A DNA stretch of 64,000 nt from an uncultured Gammaproteobacteria bacterium (GTDB lineage: Bacteria > Patescibacteriota > Patescibacteriia > UBA2591 > UBA6264): NCBI GenBank assembly GCA_964596735.1, contig CAZQVF010000006.1:24152-88151 (forward strand). Direction: 5' to 3'. Within the stretch, counting starts at the first letter, position 1. Each line of letters opens with the position of its first letter. This document shows positions 58,582 through 64,000 of this stretch, in pieces. The position numbers and the translations under genes are program-made. The notes under the pieces are model-generated. The model worked only from the letters and a program-made list of their open reading frames with translations. It was not told the origin of the DNA and made no database searches.

Positions 58582-60426
58582 ATGAGGACAGGAAAGAAAT
58601 CGACAAAAAGTTCAAAATACCAAAAAAGAGGCATTTTTTATTTAGTAATTATTTTAATTATTATTGGAGGGTATTTCTTTCTTTTTCAAGAGATTTATGC
58701 TTTGGCCATTTATCCCCGAGTTTATTGTGCAGACAATTTAAGGTTAACAGGGCTAAAGTTTAATGAAGCCAAGGCTTTAATGGAGATTTTAGTTGAAAAG
58801 ATAGAAAAACAAGGATTTTCTTTTTCTGCTCAAACAGAGTTGGGAGAGAAACGGGTTATTGTTCAACCTACACAAATTGCCTTAACAGATCCAGACCTTA
58901 GTCGTCATCTAGTCTCTTTTGATGTAAATAAAACCTTAGAAAATGCTTTTCAGATTGGCAGAGGAGGCAATTTTTATCAGAGAATTAAGAAAATAATTTC
59001 AAGTCTAACAAAAGATCAGACTGTAGATTTGGTTTTTGAAATAAATCAAGATGAAATCAGGCAGGTCTTAGAGGAAAATTTTAAAGAATTAGAAAAACCA
59101 GCTCAGAATGCCCATTTGTTAATTTCCAATCAAGAGCTAGTTTTAGCACAAGAATCGGCCGGATTTATTCTAGATTATGATACGTCTATTAAACAATTGA
59201 AAACAGGATTAAAAGGTTTTCAAAATAAAGAAATTAAAATTAGTATTCTTTTTAAAGAGCCACAGATAAAAGCGGAAAATTCAGAAAAGGCCTTTATTCA
59301 GGCCCAAGATTTATTTGCTTCAGCTCCTTATGCTTTAGTCTATAAAAACAAAAAGTGGATTTTACCCGATACTAAGATTGGAGAATGGTTTGAATTTAAA
59401 AAAGGCGGATTTGACAGGGTTGTTTTAGGTTTTAACCAACAAAGCATTCAAAAATATCTACAAGAGATTGCCAAAGAAATAGATGTCGATCCAGTTAAGC
59501 CGCAATTTGAAATAGAAAATGAACGAGTCATTGAATTTCAAGTTGGTCAACCAGGTTTTGTTTTAGACCAGGAAAAAAATGCAATAATTATTGCTCAGAT
59601 GATTCTGAACAAAAAAGAACAAGTAGATTTAAGAGTGGATGAGATTGAACCTGTTCCTCTGCCTAAAGATATAGATAGTTTGGGAATTAAAGAATTAATA
59701 GCTGAGGGAAGTTCCAGTTTTGCTGGAAGCCCTAAAAACAGAAGATATAATATTAAAGTTGGAGCGGAAAAATTACACGGAATTTTAATTAAACAAGATC
59801 AGGAATTTTCTTTGGTTCAAGCCATTGGAGAGGTAAACAAGGAAGCAGGGTTTTTACCAGAATTAGTTATTAAAGGAGATCGGACTATTCCTGAATATGG
59901 CGGGGGCCTTTGCCAGATAGGAACAACAATGTTTCGTTTAGCCATTAATGCCGGCTTGCCAATTACCGAAAGAAGACCGCATTCGTATCGTGTTTCCTAT
60001 TATGAACCAGCCGGCATGGATGCCACAATTTATAATCCCTGGCCAGATTTGAAATTTATTAATGATACCAACCATCATTTACTTTTACAAACAGAGATTC
60101 AAGGAGATAAATTGAGTTTTAAATTTTATGGCACCTCTGATGGTCGTCAGGTTAAAACAACCAAACCTGAATTATCTGATATTGTTAAACCAGGACCGGT
60201 TCAATATGTTGAAACAACAGAATTACCTCCAGGCGAAAAAAAGAAAGTTGAATCAGCTCACGCTGGAGCAAACGCAGAATTTATAAACATAATAACCTTT
60301 CCTAATGGTATTGTAAGAGAAGAGATTTGGAAAAGTCATTACCGTCCCTGGCCAGAAGTTTGGCTGGTTGGGAAAGAAATAGAGGAGATAGAAGAAATAG
60401 AAGGAGATATAGAGATTATTAATTAA
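58582..60426 (+). CDS. VanW family protein with peptidoglycan-binding repeats
   Basis: NRRYNI, GGGLCQ..T, ERRPHS, DATIY and DLKFIN motifs. Confidence 0.88.
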   Translation: MRTGKKSTKSSKYQKRGIFYLVIILIIIGGYFFLFQEIYALAIYPRVYCADNLRLTGLKFNEAKALMEILVEKIEKQGFSFSAQTELGEKRVIVQPTQIALTDPDLSRHLVSFDVNKTLENAFQIGRGGNFYQRIKKIISSLTKDQTVDLVFEINQDEIRQVLEENFKELEKPAQNAHLLISNQELVLAQESAGFILDYDTSIKQLKTGLKGFQNKEIKISILFKEPQIKAENSEKAFIQAQDLFASAPYALVYKNKKWILPDTKIGEWFEFKKGGFDRVVLGFNQQSIQKYLQEIAKEIDVDPVKPQFEIENERVIEFQVGQPGFVLDQEKNAIIIAQMILNKKEQVDLRVDEIEPVPLPKDIDSLGIKELIAEGSSSFAGSPKNRRYNIKVGAEKLHGILIKQDQEFSLVQAIGEVNKEAGFLPELVIKGDRTIPEYGGGLCQIGTTMFRLAINAGLPITERRPHSYRVSYYEPAGMDATIYNPWPDLKFINDTNHHLLLQTEIQGDKLSFKFYGTSDGRQVKTTKPELSDIVKPGPVQYVETTELPPGEKKKVESAHAGANAEFINIITFPNGIVREEIWKSHYRPWPEVWLVGKEIEEIEEIEGDIEIIN

Positions 60427-60435
60427 AAAAGAAAA

Positions 60436-62463
60436 ATGAACATTACAGAACTAGCCAGAAGACTAAAAGTTACCCCTAATGAGCTTAAGCAAACTTTGCC
60501 AAAGCTAGGTTTTCATATTGGCCCAAGAGCAATTCAGATTCCCGATAAACAAGCAGAGAAAGTAATTAAAATTTGGCAGGAGAAGAAAGTAAAAGAAAAA
60601 GCTTTAGCTAAAATTAAAGAAAGAATTTCTCAGACAGATGAAAAAGAAAAAACATCTGAATCTCGCAAAGTGATTACTTTACCCCCAACAATTCAAGTGT
60701 ATCGTTTTGCAGAAGAGTTATCCATGTCCGTACCCAAAGTAATGAGTGAGTTAATTAAAAATGGCATTCTGGCCAGTGTCAACGAGAGCTTAGATTATGA
60801 GATTGCGGCGATTATTGCTGAGAATTTAGGAGTAAAAACCGTTAAAGGAGAAATAGAACAAGAAGATTTAACCCAATCTCTTAAGAGTAAATTAGGGGAG
60901 ATTTTAAAAAAGGAAAATAAAAAGAACCTAGAATCAAGGCCTCCCGTAGTCGTAGTCATGGGGCATGTTGACCATGGAAAAAGTTCTATTCTTGATGCCA
61001 TTAGACAAAGCAAAATCGTTGACCAAGAAAAAGGAGGTATTACTCAACATATCGGAGCTTATCAAGTAGAAAAAAATAACCACTTAATTACTTTTATTGA
61101 TACGCCAGGCCATGAGGCCTTTCAAAGTATGCGGGCCCGGGGAGGAGAACTGGCTGATATTGCCGTTCTGGTGATAGCGGCTGATGACGGAGTTCTGCCA
61201 CAAACATTAGAGTCTGTAAAAATTATTCAGCAACAAGGCATCCCTTTCATTGTCGCCATTAATAAGATTGATAAACCAGGAATAGACGTAGAAAAAGTAA
61301 AGAAAGATCTATCTAAAATTAATCTAATACCAGAGGACTGGGGAGGGAAAGTTATTTGTGTATCAGTTTCTGCTAAAACAAAACAAGGGATAGAAGACCT
61401 TTTAGAAACAATAAATTTAGTTTCAGAAATGGAAAAAGATAAATTACTTACCAACCCAAAAGGAGATTTACTGGGCGTTGTAGTAGAGTCTCATTTAGAC
61501 CCAGGGTTTGGACCAGTAGCCAGTGTAATTATTTACCAGGGGATTCTTAAAAAGGGTGATAATATTGTTATTGGTCAAACTTATGGTCGTTTACGTTCCC
61601 TTAAGGACCAGTTAGGAAATTCAGTCAATGTTGCAAAAGCAAGTTTCCCAGTCCAAATTTTTGGATTAAAAAGCCTGCCTCAGGTAGGAGAATTAATAGA
61701 AGTAATTAAAGATAGCCGCGAATTTAAAAAAAGAATTAAACAAATGACTCAAACGCCAGTGTTTAAACAGGAAACTTTTGCGGCAGATTATTCTCAAGAA
61801 AAGGACAAATCAGTAAAATCAATAAAATATATAAATATTATTTTAAGAGTTGATGTTATTGGTTCTCTTGAGGCTATTACTCAAGATCTAAAAAAATTAG
61901 ACCACCCAGAGGTGAAGATTAAGATTTTAAAAAAGGGTCTGGGAGATTTAACTGAGGCAGACGTTGATCTGGCTAAAGCGGCTCAAGCCTGGTTAATTAG
62001 CTTTGGAACAGAGATTAACAGGTCAGCCAAACAATTGGCTTATGAATTAAATTTAAAAGTAAATCATTATCAGGTCATTTATGATTTAACAGACGACATA
62101 AAAGAAGAAATGAATAGGTTGTTGTCCCCGGAGATTTCTGAAGAAAAAACAGGAAAGCTTGAGGTTTTAAAGATTTTTCAACAAACCAATAAAGAGATTA
62201 TTTTAGGAGGAAGAGTTATTGAAGGCAAGATCATTAAAGATGGTATTGTTCGGGTTTGGAAAACAGAGGTTGTTAATGGAGAAAAAAAAGAACCAGAATT
62301 AAAGGGCGAAGGCAGATTAACTCAATTACAAATTAATAAAAAAGATGTAGAAGAAGTAAAATCAGGAACAGAATGTGGAATGAAGTTTAAAGGACGAGTT
62401 AAAATAGAAGTTAGCGACATCTTAGAAATTTATAAAGAAGTGAAAAAACAGAGGGAGATATAG
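60436..62463 (+). CDS. infB: Translation initiation factor IF-2
   Basis: RPPVVVVMGHVDHGKS, DTPGHEAF and NKID motifs. Confidence 0.96.
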   Translation: MNITELARRLKVTPNELKQTLPKLGFHIGPRAIQIPDKQAEKVIKIWQEKKVKEKALAKIKERISQTDEKEKTSESRKVITLPPTIQVYRFAEELSMSVPKVMSELIKNGILASVNESLDYEIAAIIAENLGVKTVKGEIEQEDLTQSLKSKLGEILKKENKKNLESRPPVVVVMGHVDHGKSSILDAIRQSKIVDQEKGGITQHIGAYQVEKNNHLITFIDTPGHEAFQSMRARGGELADIAVLVIAADDGVLPQTLESVKIIQQQGIPFIVAINKIDKPGIDVEKVKKDLSKINLIPEDWGGKVICVSVSAKTKQGIEDLLETINLVSEMEKDKLLTNPKGDLLGVVVESHLDPGFGPVASVIIYQGILKKGDNIVIGQTYGRLRSLKDQLGNSVNVAKASFPVQIFGLKSLPQVGELIEVIKDSREFKKRIKQMTQTPVFKQETFAADYSQEKDKSVKSIKYINIILRVDVIGSLEAITQDLKKLDHPEVKIKILKKGLGDLTEADVDLAKAAQAWLISFGTEINRSAKQLAYELNLKVNHYQVIYDLTDDIKEEMNRLLSPEISEEKTGKLEVLKIFQQTNKEIILGGRVIEGKIIKDGIVRVWKTEVVNGEKKEPELKGEGRLTQLQINKKDVEEVKSGTECGMKFKGRVKIEVSDILEIYKEVKKQREI

Positions 62464-62488
62464 AATTAAATAATTATTAAATAAAAAT

Positions 62489-63214
62489 ATGAAGGGTATT
62501 ATTCTAGCGGGAGGGACAGGAAGCAGAATGTTTCCTTGTACTAAAGTTACAAATAAACACCTGCTTCCAATCTATAACAAACCAATGATTTATTACCCCT
62601 TAGAAACCTTAGCCAGAGCAGGAATAAAAGACGTTTTAATTGTTACTGGAGGAAACAGTCCAGGTGATTTTCTTAAACTCTTAGGGAATGGTAAAAGTTT
62701 TGGGTTAAAAGAGCTTCATTATACGTATCAAGAAGGTTCAGGAGGTATTGCCGAAGCCCTGGGTTTGGCAGAAGATTTTGCAGACAATGGCAGGGTAGTG
62801 GTTATTTTAGGCGACAATATTTTTGAAGATAACATCTCTCAGGCAGTTAAAGATTTTAAAAAGCAAAAGTTGGGAGCCAAGCTTTTTTTAAAAAAAGTTC
62901 TTGACCCAAAACGTTTTGGCGTGGCAGAAGTTAAAGGTAAAAAGATAATTAACATTGAAGAAAAACCCAAAAAGCCCAAAAGCAGTTATGCTGTTACTGG
63001 TCTTTATATGTATAATGGTCAGGTATTTGATGTGATTAAGACATTAAAACCGTCTCAAAGAGGAGAATTAGAAATTACTGATGTAAATAATTTCTATATT
63101 AAACAAGAAACAGCTACTTATGAAGTGGTTAAAGGTTTTTGGTCAGACGCGGGAACGTTTGAATCTCTGTTTAGAGCAACCAATTTAATAGAAAAAAAGA
63201 TTTCCAGCAAATAG
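62489..63214 (+). CDS. rfbA: Glucose-1-phosphate thymidylyltransferase (short RmlA/SpsI type)
   Basis: GIILAGGTGSR, KHLLPIYNKPMIYYP, LGDN and RGELEITD motifs. Confidence 0.85.
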   Translation: MKGIILAGGTGSRMFPCTKVTNKHLLPIYNKPMIYYPLETLARAGIKDVLIVTGGNSPGDFLKLLGNGKSFGLKELHYTYQEGSGGIAEALGLAEDFADNGRVVVILGDNIFEDNISQAVKDFKKQKLGAKLFLKKVLDPKRFGVAEVKGKKIINIEEKPKKPKSSYAVTGLYMYNGQVFDVIKTLKPSQRGELEITDVNNFYIKQETATYEVVKGFWSDAGTFESLFRATNLIEKKISSK

Positions 63215-63253
63215 ACTTGCTTATTTGTCTGAATATGATAGAATAATTCCACT

Positions 63254-63616
63254 ATGTTAACGATAAAATTAAGCCGAAAAGGAAAAAAGAATCAACCATT
63301 TTTTCGTATAATCGTATTAGAAAAAAGTAAAGATCCTTGGGGGGATTTTTTAGAGGATCTGGGCTTTTTAAATCCTTTAACAAAAAAAACCTCTCTTAAG
63401 GTTGACAGAATAAAACATTGGATTTCTCAAGGGGCTCAACCAACAGGTTCGGTTCATAATCTATTGGTTAAGGAAGGGGTTATTAAGGCAGATAAGGTTA
63501 AGGTTACAAAAATCCACAAGAAAAAGGCTAAAAAGAAAAAAGAAGAAAAGCCAAAAAAAGCAGCAAAAGAAGAAAAAAAAGCGCAAACTAAAGAGGAATC
63601 ACCAGACAAGTCTTGA
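63254..63616 (+). CDS. rpsP: 30S ribosomal protein S16
   Basis: IKLSRKGKKNQPFFRI and WISQGAQPT motifs. Confidence 0.95.
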   Translation: MLTIKLSRKGKKNQPFFRIIVLEKSKDPWGDFLEDLGFLNPLTKKTSLKVDRIKHWISQGAQPTGSVHNLLVKEGVIKADKVKVTKIHKKKAKKKKEEKPKKAAKEEKKAQTKEESPDKS

Positions 63617-63640
63617 CAAACCTTTTATTTCTGTTATTAT
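63613..63640 (+). promoter_or_regulatory. Sigma70 promoter upstream of khpA leader
   Basis: TTGACA at 63613 followed by TGTTATTAT. Confidence 0.55.
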
Positions 63641-63784
63641 TAAAGCAGATTTCAATACAAGACCAGTCTTAAACAAGACAAGAAACCTTTATTTGAATTA
63701 ATTCGGTTTCAAGAAAAGGTCGGTAGACTGCAAGGATGTATTTGTTCTTTAATTAATAGTTAATTTGAATATTAGATTAAGTAT

Positions 63785-64000
63785 ATGGCAGAAAAACATT
63801 TAGATAAGGAATTCTTAGAACACCTGATTAAGGCTCTTGTCGCTCACCCAGAAGACGTTAAAATAGCTCGTAACGTTGATGAGATGGGAGTTTTACTTTC
63901 TCTTAAGATTCACCCAGAAGACATGGGTCAGGTTATTGGCCGCCAGGGCTCAACCGCTCGCGCCATTAGGTCCCTTTTACGCATTGTTGGCTTAAGAAAC
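63785..64000 (+). CDS. khpA: KH-domain RNA-binding protein KhpA (truncated by window end)
   Basis: MAEKHLDKEFLEHLIKALVAHPEDV..DEMGVLL..PEDMGQVIGRQGSTARAIR; follows rpsP. Confidence 0.88.
   Translation, partial: MAEKHLDKEFLEHLIKALVAHPEDVKIARNVDEMGVLLSLKIHPEDMGQVIGRQGSTARAIRSLLRIVGLRN

Noticed and set aside
58572-58763. 63-aa ORF overlapping the VanW start
   Set aside because: An alternative frame of the VanW 5' end with no independent support.
509-61454. Numerous short ORF-track entries antisense to or nested in long genes (e.g. 509-736, 12884-13087, 35776-36072, 39879-40214, 47420-47740, 53753-54037)
   Set aside because: Shadow ORFs of well-supported genes with no recognisable motifs.
1-64000. 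Alternative genetic code (TGA=Gly as in Gracilibacteria)
   Set aside because: Conserved genes are full length under code 11, and TGA ends genes at expected positions (e.g. GH15, mltG).

Overview
AT-rich bacterial chromosome segment. Gene content is typical of Patescibacteria/CPR (Parcubacteria-like): tandem VirB2/TrbC-like pilins, GH57/glgA/GH15, PGI/PMI, VanW, bactofilin, and no amino-acid biosynthesis genes. TGA acts as a stop codon. Most of the window is housekeeping (ruvC, tyrS, ftsH, dnaN, efp, rpsF-ssb-rpsR, gyrA, infB, rpsP, 4 tRNAs) plus cell-envelope and sugar genes. A probable oriC lies just upstream of dnaN, with no dnaA in the window. The standout is a small islet between hup and tRNA-Lys. 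It has a TrpR-like repressor behind a trp-operator-like palindrome, then an unannotated 23-aa Trp-Trp leader peptide with a complete 1:2/2:3/3:4 attenuator. The gene behind this attenuator is not a trp operon but a high-GC radical SAM/SPASM gene, followed by a DUF169-like gene. Other notable items are a LAGLIDADG intein at the catalytic Thr of RfbB, a free-standing LAGLIDADG gene bracketed by inverted repeats, a three-copy dispersed intergenic element next to sugar genes, a split GT4, and a structured leader upstream of khpA. All family assignments are by motif recognition; no database searches were run.
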